A model generated the notes under the pieces. It saw only the letters and a list, made by a program, of their open reading frames with translations. It was not told the origin of the DNA and searched no databases. A stretch of 64,000 nucleotides of DNA from Sphyrna mokarran (Eukaryota): positions 18,662,001-18,726,000 of the forward strand of contig JAGIQG010000032.1 in assembly GCA_024679065.1 (NCBI GenBank), read 5' to 3'. Each line of letters begins with the position of its first letter. Position 1 is the first letter of the stretch. Made by a program: the position numbers and the translations under genes. Shown here piece after piece: positions 48,527 through 62,939 of the stretch.

Positions 48527-50420
48527 ATGACCATAAGACCACAAGACATAGGAGCAGAAGTAAGTTATTTAGCTCATCGAGCCTACTCCACAATTCAATG
48601 AGATCAAAATTGATCTTATAAGCCTCAACTCCACTTTCCCACCTTATCCTCATAATTCTTGATTCCTTAACTGATTATATCTGTATCAGTCTATCTCAGC
48701 CTTGAAGTATCTACAGTCCTCTGCTGTAAATAATTCCACAGATCCACTACTCTATGAGACAGAAAATTCCTCCTCATTTCTGTTTTATGTGAGTGACCAT
48801 TACTCTGAGATTTTACCTCTGGTCTCAGACTCTGCCAATAAGAAGAAAAACTTCTCAGGATCTATCCTGTCAAGTCCTCTGAGAATCCTATATGTCTCAA
48901 TAAGGTCACCTCTCATTTTTCAAACTTCAATGAGCACAGGCTCAACTTAATCTCTCCTCGTAAGAAAATACCTCCATATCCATGGTCAACCTAGTGAACC
49001 TTCTCTTTACTGTCAAAAATGCCATTATATCTTTCCTTAGGTAAGGCGATCATAGTATTCCAAGTGTGGTTTAATTAGAACTTTGTATAGTTTTAGCAAG
49101 ACTTCACTATTTTTATACTCGATTCTCTTTGAAATAAAGAGACACCTTCATTTGCTTTCCCTATCTGCTGAACTTTCATGCGAGCCTTTTACGATTTATG
49201 CACAAGGACACCCAAATCCCACTGTGCTACAGCTTTCTGCAGTCTTTTTTCATCTAAATAATATTCAACATCATTATTCTTTCTGCCAAAATGCATAAGT
49301 TCACATCTTCTTACACTATATTTCATCTATATTTGGATGAGCACGTGAAATACATTCAAGGATATGGGACAAGTGCAGAAAAATGGGATTAGTGTGCCTA
49401 CAGTGAGAGTTATTGTTGGCACTAACCTGATTGGTGGAAGGGCTTTTTCTGTGTTGTATGTCTTTATAGCTCTATCTGCCAAGTTTTTACTCATTCACTT
49501 AGCTTATCTATTCCCCAATACCTCTTTGTAGAGTTTTTGTACCATTCTCACCATTTATCTTTGCACCTATTTTTGTTCCATCCATAAATTTGGCAATAGT
49601 ATATTAACTGCCTTTGTCCAAGTTATTATTATATATTATAAATCATTGTGGCACCAGTCCTGATCCCTGTGATACTCCATTAGCCACAGGACTGCCAAGT
49701 ATATTACTTCTACTAGTTCCCCTTTATCTATCCTTCCCATTATCACCTTAGAGAATTGTAATAAATTTGTCAGGAATGATTTCCCCCTCATGAAGCCATG
49801 GTGACTCTGCTTGATTATATTATGCATTTCTAAAATATTGCAATTACATATTTATAATGAACTCTAGCATTCTTCCAATAATAGGTGTCAAGCTAACTGG
49901 CCTATTGTTATCTACTTTTAGTCTCCCTTCCTTTTTGAATGAGACGTAACATTGGCAGATTTCCAGAGTTTAAGATTTTTGGAAGATTACTATTGGTGTA
50001 TCCATTATCTCTGTAGCTACATTTTTTAATATTCTAGTTGCACCCATCAGGTCCAGTGGACTTACAGACCTTTGGTCCTTTTAGTTTTCCTAGTACTTTT
50101 TCTCTAGTGACAATTATTGTATTTATTTTCTCCACTACTTTTGTTCCTTGATTATTTCATAGTTTGGAATGCTGTTAGTGTCTTCTACCATGAAAACTGA
50201 TGCAAAGCATTTATTTAACTCCTCTGCCATTTCCTGGGTCCCCATTATTATTTCTCCAATCTCATTCTCTATGGGACCTATGCTCACTTTGGCCTCCCTC
50301 TTTCTTTTTATATATTTAAAGAAGCTTGTAGTGTTCAATTAGTTTACCCTCATAATCTATTTTCTCCCTCTTTATTTATTCTAACATCCTTTGTTAGTTT
50401 TTAAAACATTCAAGTTTTAA
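48527..50420 (-). mobile_element. Decayed CR1 with a nested + strand CR1 tail (49328-49470)
   Basis: ORFs 49636-49827 (QSHHGFMRGKS.LTNLL) and 50135-50338; (ACCATAAG)n tail. Confidence 0.9.
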
Positions 50421-51984
50421 AAGCCAACAAAAAATGACCAAAAATAACAGAGGGAGAATATTAATCAACAATTCCATGATCAATATGCTATGTGTCTGCC
50501 AGGATACTACAAGGTAAAGTCTCATCTGGCAATTCCTATAACCTCACTGAAACAACAGGGCAAATATTTTATATATGGTTTTGGTTACCTAACAACAATT
50601 CCAGATTAGAAAATAATTGTCTGAGACTATTTGAGATATTTCAACAATATGAAAAGGACATAATATGAAAGCAAGTATTTCTTTTTATTTGAATAAACTC
50701 ACAGCTTATTTTTTCAATGGCTAATTGATTTTGAACCATAAAGCAAAATCCTGAATCTGGCATTGGAAATTAGTCAAATTCTACCTTAAGTTTTAAGTCA
50801 GTCTTGTGCAACATTTCATGCTATATTAATCAAAAAACAGAAAGATGCAAATAAGGAATACTCTGAAAAGAAAGTCAACTTTAGTTTTAAAAGATGTGTC
50901 AACATTCACTGTGGTTAGTATTTTTGTAAAACAGGAAATTTTAAAAATGGATAAGAATGCTGTCTATATTAAATCATAAGCTCAGCAAATGAAAAGATAA
51001 CTCTTCACCTGCACAAATTATGTTCTTATGATCATCTACCACATGCCAATGATAATATATATTTTTCCCCTTTATTCATCCTTCCCATTACAAAAGTAAC
51101 TACTTTGCTCTTTTATCTAAAATAGTTAAAAACATTTTAAACAACCTGAATGCAATAAATTTGCAATAGTGCAGGAAAAAATATTTCATGTGTGTTTTCT
51201 TTAACAAGAGAATTTGATGCTAATTGTTTAATACACTTTTCTCTGAGAGGATGCAAGTGAATACCCTTTTCATGTGATCTTTATGATGCATATGGTACTG
51301 ATTCTTCTGATTGCACATCTTTAGAAAAGGAATTTCTATTTCATGTCAAAGAGAAATTTAGATTCTCTAAACTACATTCTTCATCATCTGTACACCTGTT
51401 GGAATGGACGGCCTAAAACATGCGAAGAGTCAGGGCTGAACCATGTCTGGTCAAAATGGTAAAACACAAATGTTTACAAAGTAAGTAAAAGCAGAAGAAA
51501 CAATTGAAGTCTCTACTCTCCTAGTCCAAAGCATTATTGTGCTGTTATACGTTAGCTTTAATTCTTTAGGGCTGAATTTGAAAATAAAATCAAATATGCT
51601 GGAGGTTTTTGATCCATAGATTGATACCAATCGCAGGGAGGAACAAATCCTAGAAATTTAGCCATGAAAAAGCATAAAAAGCTGAATATAATAGGAAAAT
51701 CTTCTCATAAATAATTTATGCTGTATGCTTCAACAGTACTTCAACAATGTTTCATTGCAGGGAATTTTGCATTTAAATGCTCCCCATTTAAAAATATTGC
51801 CCTGAAAATTTGTGGGTCACAATGGTAGTCTAACAGTAGGCATTGCAATCATTGCTTCTTTCCAGCTTTATCCCACTGAGGTTTGTGGAATTAGAAGAAG
51901 GACAGTTAACTTTAATGGAGTTGGTGGTGGGTACCTACTCCTGTGCAAGTGTAATTCTAGCACCAGCCTACTGCATAAGCTTTT

Positions 51985-54810
51985 TGTTTTATTCATATAT
52001 GGGATGTGAGCATTGCTGGGTGGTTCAGAATTTGTTGTCTATCACAAATTGTCGATGCTAAGGTGATAGTGAGCTACTTTCTTCAGCATTCCACGTGGTG
52101 TAGATGCACCCATGTGCCGCAGGGCTCGATACTGGGACCTCTTCTATTTGTAATACATATAAATGACTTGGAAGAGGGAGCAAGTAGAGTGATCAGCAAG
52201 TTTGCAGACAAACAAAGATGGCTGGACTTGCGGATAGTGAGGAGCATTGTCAGGTGATGCAGCAGGACATAGATAGGCTGGTAAATTGGGCAAATAGACG
52301 GCAGATGGAATTCAATCCTGATAAATGCGAGGTGATGCATTTTGGGAGAAAGAACGTAGGGGGGAGGTGTATGATAAAGGGTGTTCCTAGTAAGAGTATA
52401 GAAACGCAGAGGGACCTGGAGGTGCAGGTGCACAAGTCTCTGAAGGTGGCAGAATAGCTGGAGAAGGTTGTGAAGAAAGCATATAGTATGCTAGCCTTTA
52501 TAGGAAGGGGTATAGAGTACAAGAGCTGGCCTTTAATGTTGCAGTTGTATAAAACGTTCATTAGAACTCATTTGGAATACTGCATCCAGTTCTGGTCGCC
52601 TTACTATCAGAAGGACGTGGAGACTCTGGAGAGAGTGCAGAGGAACCAGGATGCTGCCTGGTATGAAAGGTCTGAGTTACGAGGAGAGGTTAGGCAAATT
52701 GGGACTGTTTTCCTTAGAAAGACGTAGACTTAGAGGAGATCTAATAGAGGTGTACAAGATTATGAGGGGTATAGATAGAGTAAACAGGGTTCAGTCAAAT
52801 TTGGTTTTTAATCCATAGATCTATAAACATAGACAGGGATCATGGATAGAGGTGGGAGCATCGGGGTGGCGGCACGGGCTCGTTGGGCCGAAGGGCCTGT
52901 TTCCCATGCTGTTTTGTTCTTTGTTTTTTGTTCTTTGTACAATGCAGTTTTGGAAGGAGTTCCAGGATTTTCACCTAGCCACAATGAAAGAATAGCATTT
53001 ATTCCAAGTCAAAATTATGAGTGGCTTGGAGGGGAACATCCAGATGGTGGTGATGCTCTATGTTTGCTCTCCTTGTTCTTCTCTATGGTAGTAATCATGG
53101 GGTTTGGAAGATGCTTTCAAAAAAGCCTTGGTGAATTTCTGCAAAACAATCTGTAGATGGTAGACACTGCTGCCACTGTATGTTGGTGAAGGGAGTGAAT
53201 GTTTGTGGATGGGAACCAATCAAGGGTCAGCTTTGTCCTAGATGATGTTAAACTTCTTGAGTGTTGTAGGAGCTAAACTCATCCAGACAAGTGAACCATA
53301 ATCCATCACATTCCTGACTTGTGCCTTGTAGTTAATGGACAGGCTTTGGGGAGTTAGGAGGTGAGTCACTCACCACAGGACTGCTAGTGGCTAGCTCGGT
53401 TCATTTTCTAGTCAGTGGTAATCCCCAAGATGTTGATAATAGAGATTCAAAGATAATAATGCCATTGAATGTCAGGATGCAATGGAGTTGGATTGTCTTT
53501 TTTTGAAGATGGTCATTGCATAGCACTCACTTGTGTGGCACAAATGTTTCATGCCATTTATCAGCCAAAGTCTGGATATTGTCCAGATTTTGCTGCATTT
53601 GTACACGAACTGCTTGAGTATCTGAGGAGTTGTAAATGGTGCTGAACGTTATGCAATTATCAGCGAACATCCTCACTTTTGAACTTAACATAGAAGGAAG
53701 GTCATTAATGAAAGCAGCTGAAGGTGGTTGGGCCTTAGATAGAACTCTGAGGAATTCTTACAGTGATGTCGTGGAACTGAGATGATTAACCTCCAACAAT
53801 CACAACCATCTCATTTTGGTATGACTTCAACCAGCAGAGAGTTCTACCTCATTGCCAATGACTCTGGAATTCATCTCTTTTGTGAACATTTGAACAAAGG
53901 TTGTAATAAGATCAGGAGCTGAGTGACCCTGGTAGAACCAAAACTGACCATCAGTGAGCAGGTTATTGCTAAATAAGTGCCACTTGATAGCACTATCGAT
54001 GATTCCTTCCATTGCTTTATTGATGATCGAGGGTAGACTAATGGTGCGGTAATTGGCGGATTGGATTTGTCCTCCTCTTTGTGTTCAGGGTATACCTGGA
54101 CAATTTTCTACATTGCTAGATATACGTCAGTGTTGTAGATATACTGGAGCAGCTTAGCAAGGAGCACAGATTTACAGTACTATTGCAGGAATCTTGTCAG
54201 TGTCCATAGTCTTTGAACATTCAGTCCCTTTAGACATTTCTTGGTATGCAGAGTGAATCGAAGTAGCTGCAGACTGACATCTTGATGCAGGAGATCTCTA
54301 GAGATGGCCAAGGAAGATCATTTACCTGACACCTCTGGCTATAAATTGTTGCAAATGCTTTAGCTTTATCTTCTGCTTACATGTGCTGGGCTCCTCCATC
54401 ATTGAAGGTAGGGATATTTGTGGACTATCCTCCTCCACTGAATTGTTTAATTGTCCATCATTAATTGTCATGATTGGATTTGGCAGGCCTGCAGAGCTTA
54501 GATATGATCCATTGGCTGTGAAATCACTCAACTCAGTTTATCACTTATTACTTTTGCTCTTTGGCACCTAGGTAATCCAGTGTTGTAGCTTCACCAGGTT
54601 GACACTTTGTTTTTTGGTATGCCTGGTGTTATTCCTGCACTTTTTTTTGAAGCAGGGTCGATCCCATGGCTTCATGGTAATGGTAGCATGGGGAATAGGG
54701 TGGGATCATGAGATTACAGATTGCCATTGAGTACAATTCTGTTGCTGTTGATTACCCACTGTTGTTTCATAGATGCCCATCTTGAGTTTGAGATCTGTTT
54801 GAAATCCCTT
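51985..54810 (-). mobile_element. Non-CR1 LINE (RTE-X-like), RT to 3' end
   Basis: ORF 53827-54012: MEGIIDSAIK.HL.SNNLLTD.QF.F.QGHSAPDLIT. The clade call is tentative. Confidence 0.75.
52111..52937 (+). mobile_element. Young CR1 fragment ending in the composite-element tail
   Basis: VPQGSILGPLLF, KFAD and YCIQFWSP motifs; ORF2 breaks at DRVN and switches to TCAAATTTGG...(GTTCTTT)n. Confidence 0.9.
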
Positions 54811-57800
54811 TCAGTCCAGAAATGGGAGTTAAGCAATTTCCTGATATTACCATCCTACTTCCTATATAGCATTTCATGAGCAATATACCATGCTGCCAAT
54901 GGTGTATTAGTGCTGGAGGCAGTAAAATGGTGAATACGGTGCCAATCATGGTGGGGAACGAGAGATAGGGTGAAGTTGGGTCAGTACCTCCTGCAGAAGG
55001 CACAAGACATAAATGGAGATAGGTTGCTGCCGAGGTGGCCAGGTTAGAATGTCCACTTCTCTTTGCTAAGGCATTGGCCCAGCCCTGGAGATGACACCCC
55101 CCCCCCCACTACCATCATCTCCCACAGCACTCTCGCCCCATTCCTTCCTAGCTCATTCATTCAATATGCACAATATTCCCAGCCAACAAGCCCTAAAATG
55201 ACATCATAAGGTTTTGAGAATCTCAAATCTATCAAAATTAACAAACTACACCTCAATATCCACTTACAAAAATCATAATCCTCTTAATACTCATGAATTC
55301 ATATTCCCCATAGCAGTCTATACACCCTATTGAGTAGAATCTTTCAGTGGGTTTGAATGTCAGTCTGGCATGCATAATGAGATTCCAATGAATGGATGCA
55401 TGAACAACTCTTGCTGCGCTGAGTCTTTTAGTGGATAAGGAACTCAGCCAAGGATTCACAATGAGAGTCCATTGAACAACTTTATCAACAAGACTTCTTG
55501 GGCTGAATACAGTACAACATTTGTAGACAGCTAGAAATTGAAACATCCAAACAGATGGCTCAGCTAAATGTAAAGGAAAAACATGAAAACAAAGAGGATA
55601 TTTCACACTATCAAAACTGAATGTCACTATTGTGTACTGCATAAATAATATTTTATTTAGTTGTCAACATATTCAAATACATCAGAAGAGTTTTCTGCTT
55701 TCACAATGCTGTCTTGACAATTTACCAGATGTCAGAAGTGATAAGCAGGCAAACACATTATTTACTGATCACTTACTGTTTCAAAGCAAAGCCCTGTCAA
55801 CCTTCACCATCTTAAAAGTATAAATATGATTTATGATACAGCATTTCATTATGATATGCAGAATTGGCATACCTTTTTAACTTACCTGTCATATGAGTTC
55901 CAACTCCAAAGCCAGGTTCCCCATGGTTCACATTCTGGTGTGAAATACATTGCCTTCCAAAATTGTCCTGACTTCCCAAAATTGTGGAAGGTCTGAAAAT
56001 TCCACTTCTGCAGTAGATCTGGCACATTCAATGGGCTTGCAAAATGCTTCTTTGCCACTGAAAACTGACAATGCTGGGAATGGTGATGGCAATCAGGTCC
56101 CACCCATTATCTTTAAGTCCTGTGAAAGTGATTAAGTCCCTTCTGGACATGAAATTCCAGCTCCTGGAATAAAATAATGCCATGTGCAAATTAGCAGAAA
56201 AAGTTGACACTTCTATTCATATTTAAGTTGTGTTGAATTTAGTGCTTGGCTTACATTCAAAATGTAAATGGGAACAAATTAAATTTGATACGTGAAGCTA
56301 TTCTACTGAATGTCTAGAATAAGAGCTAGTTTAGTAACATTCCAGACTGGATTAATATTTTAGCATCTATGGCAGTGAAAACAAAGTTATTGTCTTATTT
56401 CAGGAAATAGACTCTGTCATAAATATTGATGAGATGATCTGATAGTAATTCTGTTGAAAAGCTGTCTTAAAATTATGACTCAAATTAAGAATTCATGTTA
56501 ACAGTAAGCTTGTATATTTTTTGTGTGGTATATTTAGTTTTGACATTTAATGGATAATTCTAGGTGAAATTGATTGGTAAGAAGAGGAATCCAGTGTCAG
56601 TTGTATGAAAAGCATCTGTTCCAGGCTGCAAAGGCATAATCAGGTTGGTCTTAAAAGTCAATGTTGAATACTACAAAGTCATGCTGTAATGTTTCAGGTC
56701 AAGCACTTTGCTTTGGCATTCTTTCATTTTCAACCCAGCACATCAAAATTATTGTGAACCCAGTAGAAAATTAATAAACACCTCTCTGATCTAAGAAGGT
56801 TTGGTGAATTGAACTATTTCCTATACTTATCTCAAAGTCAAAGAACTGGCAAGTCACCTGTTGTTGACTGTCTTAGCATCAATTCAAACAATGAAAATAA
56901 GATAGCGTTTAGAAAAAAATACTTCCAACATTATGCCAAGTCAACTTAAAAGTTGATGACCAATTATAGATACTAGATATCCAGTTGGACTTAACACATC
57001 AGTGTCATCCTTTGATGTTATGAACCAGATATTTGTAGTCATTAATACAGGAGGACACAATCAATCTCTACATGACATAATTTCCTGATCCTGGCAATAT
57101 GAAGAATTAATGAGGCAACTGATAAAAATATAAAAGCACTTTATAACTTAGAACATAACTGAAATAGGTCAGTGGAAATCTACTTAAACAGATAAAGAGA
57201 CATTGGATTATTTTCATTGGGGCTTTTAATATAACCTCACACAACAGGACAGCAAATATACAAATATCACCTATAATTAATTTTGGAGATTATTGGAAGC
57301 AGAAGCATTTTTATGGAGTTTTAAGTTATTTATTAATATTCCTTCTATGGTCCACATTTGATCAGTTCTGCTCAAGTACATGAGTCTAACAGGATTCAAG
57401 ACACATTATGACTCTAGAGAGAAGATTTTCCAAGTGGAAGAAATGGGTCAGAATTTTATTGGGCTGACAGGTGTCTTGCCCACCAGTTGGACTAGTTAGC
57501 ACTCACACTCCTGAACACCTCTTTCCATTGTCATTGGGACCTCTCTTTGGAACTCAGTGGAATGATATATCTAAAATTATCTACATTTTCTGCCTCCAAA
57601 AGCATGTTTACCAAGGGACTCACTTTCCTGTTGATGACTTTCCTTATTCTCTCAACTTTCTTTTCTGCAACATAAATGATATTGAGGATGCCTTCCCCCT
57701 TCACAGTGTGACAAGTCTTTAGATTGTGGAGTAAAACATTATTTTCTCTCTGCCTCACCCAGCTTGCCCCAATGACCAGGCTTCAAATTAGAGACAATTC

Positions 57801-59051
57801 TAATACTTAAATGTTCCCCCAAAATTATAATAAAACTGACCATAGATATTACTGTGGGATCAGCATCCATTCTACCGTGCATGTGTTGTCAGCTTTGGAT
57901 ACAAACAATACTTAAACTACAGTCAACTTGGTACAAACAACACTTAAACACAGAGTACTCGATTTCCAAGCTTTAATAAGATGTGCACAAATAAGAACAT
58001 GAGGCAAGCAAAGTATTGCTGGGTGTGCTGTTGAGTCATACAGAAAATTTAGCCGTTATAATTAATTACAGCAAATGAGAAGAGCATTTTTTTCTAATCC
58101 TTCATTGGCATACATATTCACCAATCATAGCTTAGCCTTTTGCCCTTTCTTATCCAATAGAAAACCAATCCTTCATTAGCATAATATGTCCCCATGTCTT
58201 GCTATTTGGTAATTGTCATGGTAACTTATTGTTTGTTCTTTGTTTTTAATCCTATTGTCCTAGCCTGGAATGCAGTGTTTATGCAACAAGATTGTAGACA
58301 TATTCATTTATCCTGAGTACATTAGCATTAGCTTTACTGAAGGTCTGACTGAAGGCTTGTTTGGCTAATAATCATTTTCCAATACTTGACAGAATTTTTT
58401 GATCATTATGGAACTTTAATTTTCACAATTGTTTGTAACCTAACTTTCACACATGCAAGAAATATATTCCATCATATTTGCACTTGACTGCAAAATATAG
58501 GCTTTCCCATTCATGCTCACCATTGAGATTAGAAAATCTGGGTATTTCACCAGAGGACATCTGAAATTTCCATTCCTGTTGCGGAATCTCTAAGTACATG
58601 AGGATGAACAGTGATTTGGTCCCTCAATTCATGGATGCCCAATTGCCACAGATGAGGATAGTTAAGAAGGAGATTGCAAGAAAATTAGTATTTCCTCTGG
58701 TTGTCATGGTAATCCTTATTTATTCTTCAGTTTTGTTATCAGGTGCCTAAATTATAACATTTGGGGCAAACATTATATCCATGACAGTTTATGACAACAC
58801 TTAGGAGGATAGTTAGAACTGTGACAAATGACTATAGCAACAGATAGAGGTAATTCATCAAGTAAAGCATAAGAGGCATTGCCACACCCAGAATTCTGAA
58901 TGTGTGCATGAATGGATAGTATCTAACTTGCAGATTGAGCTCTGGGTGAGCAGAATGGAGCCAATCAAAAATAATGCGTTGTCTAACATAGAATTCACAA
59001 GAAGGACTGGCTTATTGATAGGAGAAGAGGAAAGAATATTTAGACTGCAAG

Positions 59052-59385
59052 AGCAACATGGTGACACAATGGTTAACACTGCTGCCTCACAGCATTGGGA
59101 TCCAAGTTCAATTTTGGCCTTGAGTGACTGTGTGGAATTTGTATGTTCTCCCTGTGTCTGCATGGGTTTCTTTCAGATGCTCCGGTTTCCTCTGACGGTC
59201 TAAGATGTGCAAGTTAGGTAGATTGGCTATGCTAAATTGCTCCTTAATGTCCAAAGATATGTAGGTAAGGTGGATTAGCCATAGTAAACACGTGATGATA
59301 CAGGGGAGGGCCTGAGTGCAATAATCTTTCAGAGAATTGGTGCAGACCCTGTGCTGGATGGCCTCCTTCTGCAGTGTAGCAATCT
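59052..59385 (+). mobile_element. HE1/V-SINE
   Basis: Head, V core and CR1 tail. Confidence 0.9.
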
Positions 59386-59419
59386 ATTAAAGGGATGATT
59401 GGAGGTTTATAATGTGCAT

Positions 59420-60506
59420 ATCATTAAGGAGATTTCAAAGTGGCTTAGTAACAAGAAACAAAGAATAATGGTTGATGGCTGCTCTTATGAATGGAAAGCT
59501 GTTTCAAATGGTGTCCTGCAGGGGTCAATGTTGGGACTTCTGCTGTTCGTTATACATTAATGACTTGAACTTGAACATGGGGAGTACAATTGGGAAATTT
59601 GAAGACAACACAGAAACTGGCCATGTAGTAAGTAGATAGTATAGAGGATAGCTGTGAGCTCCAAAATGATATGGATCGGTTGGTGGAGCGTCAGGAAAGT
59701 GACAGAGTTCAACTCTGATAAGTGTGAGGTAATACACTTAAGAATAGTAAAAGGAAATACACAATAAACAGGAATACACTGAGAGAGGTAGATGAAGTGG
59801 AAAATCTTGGCATGCAAGTGCACAGGTCCCTAAAAGTAGCAGTACAGATAGATAAGGTTGTAAAGAAGGCATATGGAATGGTGTCCTTCATTGGCAGAGA
59901 TATAGAATATAAAAGTAGGGACCTAATGATGGAACCTTATAAGACACTGGTGAGGCCTCAGCTGGAGTACTGTGCGCAGCTCTGGTTACCACATTACAGG
60001 AATGATGTAATTTCTCCAGACAGAATGCAGAGAAAATTTACTAGAATATTTCCAGGGCAGGAGAATTGTAGCTTTGAGGAGATATTGGGGAGGTGGGAGT
60101 TGTTTTCCTCAGAAGAGAGAAGCTGAGAGGTGATATAACTGAGGTATACCAAATTGTGAGGGGTAGAGATAGAGTAGACAGGAGGAACATGTCTCTCTTG
60201 GCAGAGAGTTTAAAAACCAGGGGTCATAGATACAAATTGGATGGCAGAAAGATTAGAGGGGACATGAGGAAAAAACCTTTTACACAGAAGGTGAAAATGT
60301 CTGGAATTGTCTGAGTTATTGATGGAGGCAAAGACACTAAACTCTTTTAAAAAGTACCTGGATTGGCGCCTTACATGATGTAACTATCTGGACAAACTTT
60401 GTGCAGGAAGATAGGATCAGAAAGGGCACCTGAGTGTCTTTGTGTCAGCATGGACAAGTTGGGCTGAATGGTCCTCTTCCATGTTGTGTCATTTCTAAGG
60501 TTCTAT
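59420..60506 (+). mobile_element. Decayed CR1
   Basis: ORF 59797-60126: VHRSLKVA.QIDKVVKKAYG...LEYCAQLW.PHYR. Confidence 0.9.
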
Positions 60507-60618
60507 GCCACAATATCATAACAGAAAGCACTGAATAATCCTATTTCAACAGTCTGAAGTGTAACAAAGAAACCCTAACCAGCATTCTGAAATTGTGCAG
60601 CAGCCTCCAGAAAAGATC

Positions 60619-60902
60619 AGGTAGCACTATGGCACAGTGGTTAGCACTGCTGCCTCACGGGGACCTGGGTTCAATTCTCGGCTTGGGTCACTGTCTGCGC
60701 AGAGTATGCATGTTGTCTGCATGTGTTTCCTCCAAGTGTGTCTGGTTTCTTCCCACAGTCCAAAAGATATTCTGGTTATGTCCATTGGCCACGCTAAATT
60801 CTCCGTCAATGCCTCAAACAGGCACCAGAGGTTAACAACTAGGGATTTTCACAGTAACTTCATTGCAGTGTTAATGTACTTGTGCCACTTCTAAACTAAC
60901 TT
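60619..60902 (+). mobile_element. V-SINE type 2, full length
   Basis: Head TGGCACAGTGGTTAGCACTGCTGCCTCAC, V core and tail TTCATTGCAGTGTTAATGTACTTGTG. Confidence 0.9.
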
Positions 60903-61374
60903 GAATGGATGAGGCGATGACTGATACATTTCAAAGGCTTGTAAATTTGCTGCTGTGTTACGTACATGCAGGCATGTAAACAGTTTGATTCTTTAAAGGT
61001 AGCTTTATTTTAGGAAAAAGAGGGATCTCATGACATAACATTTACCTTTAAGGGAGCATGTTATAAACTACATCCATCATTACACATCTCAACATAAAGT
61101 GAGTCATTACTCCCATGATCAGATGTAAGAGATCAGATGTGAATGCTTCATCTCACAGTAACTCTATCTTTATATGACCTTATCTTCAAATGAAGAATCC
61201 ACCTCCTTGTTTCACCAATTTTTATGTATGATTGATACGTTTAGAGGAAAAGAACAGAAGTGTAAAATTCAGATCTTCCCTTCTTCCTTAGGTGCAGCAA
61301 CAGTCAATTGGCTGCCCTGTACAATGGTAGCCTAGCTGCAAAATCCATTTTTAAATTTAAACTTAAAAGAAGTT

Positions 61375-61655
61375 CAATTCCAGCCTTGGGTAACTGTGGA
61401 GTTTGCATGTTATTTCCATGTCCGCGTAAGTTTCCCCAGTTTCCTCCCATAGTCCAAAGATGTGCAAGTTAGGTGGATTGGCCATACTCAATTTCCCTTT
61501 AGTGTCCAAAGATGAGCAAGTCAGGGGGATTAGCAGGGTAAATATGTGGGGTTACAGGCATAGGATCTGGGTAAGAAGCTCTGTCGGAGAGTTGATGCGG
61601 ACCTAATGGGTCAAATTGCCTCCTTCTGCACTATAAGGATTCTATGATTCTATGA
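61375..61655 (+). mobile_element. HE1/V-SINE, 5'-truncated
   Basis: Starts at the B box; V core; (ATTCTATG)n tail. Confidence 0.85.
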
Positions 61656-62939
61656 AGTTGGAAAGAGAATGCCTCATGGAAGCCGAAAGGCTTCTGATTG
61701 ATTTCCAGCTTCAAGTCTGCTTGCTGTCCTTCATTGGAAAGCAACCTGCCCTCTGGCTATTAATTGGCTGTGCCAGGAAAAAAGTGACTGCCTCCTACAT
61801 AATGGTGTCTTCTGAGTCACATTTCAGCTTAGCAGCTGGATTCAAATGCCCTCTGGCAAAAATTCCACCCCATTTCATGCAAACTTTCTCCAGGTATGTA
61901 GTAATGTTTTGAGTCAGTCAGTTGAGTATTAATATTTAAAATGTTATTTCCATACTCTTGTGTGCTAAAAAATTGAAATTACTGTTTCAATCACCCATTT
62001 AAGTTCAAACAATTGTGTGCTGCTGCTTTAAAATAAGTAGATTAATGTCTCAGTTAATGAATACTGAATAGTACTTTAAATGCTCATGTGCTAATATGAT
62101 GAATTATTGTTTCTTATCTGCAGTTTAAAATGTAAGAATGTGGTTTATAATAAAATTAACAGAAAAAATTCTCCTTCATTTTGTGTTGTGACAGCTAAAT
62201 CATTGCAATGTGCTGAAGGACACAAACTGCCAAGTTTTACAAAGTTTGTTGTAATTTAGTTTCAGAATTTACATGATAAAATAAATCATCCATACATTGG
62301 ACGAATGGATTTTCTTCAGCCAGTATGATTTTGAATTCCAACCTTGAGGGTATCATTTAAGCACAGCTGCCTTCCATTACCAACTTACACTGTTTCTAAT
62401 TTCAGGTGTAATAAAGTAGTATCAAAACCAAAGTAATTCATAGAATACTGTTGCATCATATCTTAAATGAATTTGTGAAGTCAAAAGTAGCAGCAAGAAA
62501 CAGTTCAGAATTGCTCCCACTTAACAACACCAATTCATCCAACAATTGAATCTAATCCTATAATGAACAAAGTCCTCCAATTACAAATTAATTCTGTATA
62601 ACAGACTCGAAAACTAAATGTTACTTTTGTAAGGTCAGGCAGACCTTAATGGTGTTCTCATTATTATGCTCTATAAATACAGTATTACAGGTTGGCTGTG
62701 AAGGAATGATCATTATTCATTCAAGAGTGGACTGGCTTCCACATTTCTGAGACTACGGGCAGGACTCTCCGGCCATGCATACCCCGAAACCAGAAATTCC
62801 CACCTGAGCTCAACTGACCTTTGAATATTGTTCCCAATTTTCTGTCTTGCCTGCTATAATTTATCTGAGGATGAGGGAGCTCAGGAATAAATATCCTCAC
62901 TTATCAGAAATTTAATGGCTTCATATATGATTGCCTGTA

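Noticed and set aside
55886-56163. Minus-strand segment with consensus acceptor and CAG|GTAAGT donor
   Set aside because: All three frames contain stops and the segment ends in a GAAATTCCAGCTC repeat-like terminus; at most a non-coding exon.
60619-60680. tRNA gene-like sequences
   Set aside because: These are SINE heads without a complete cloverleaf, followed by the SINE core.
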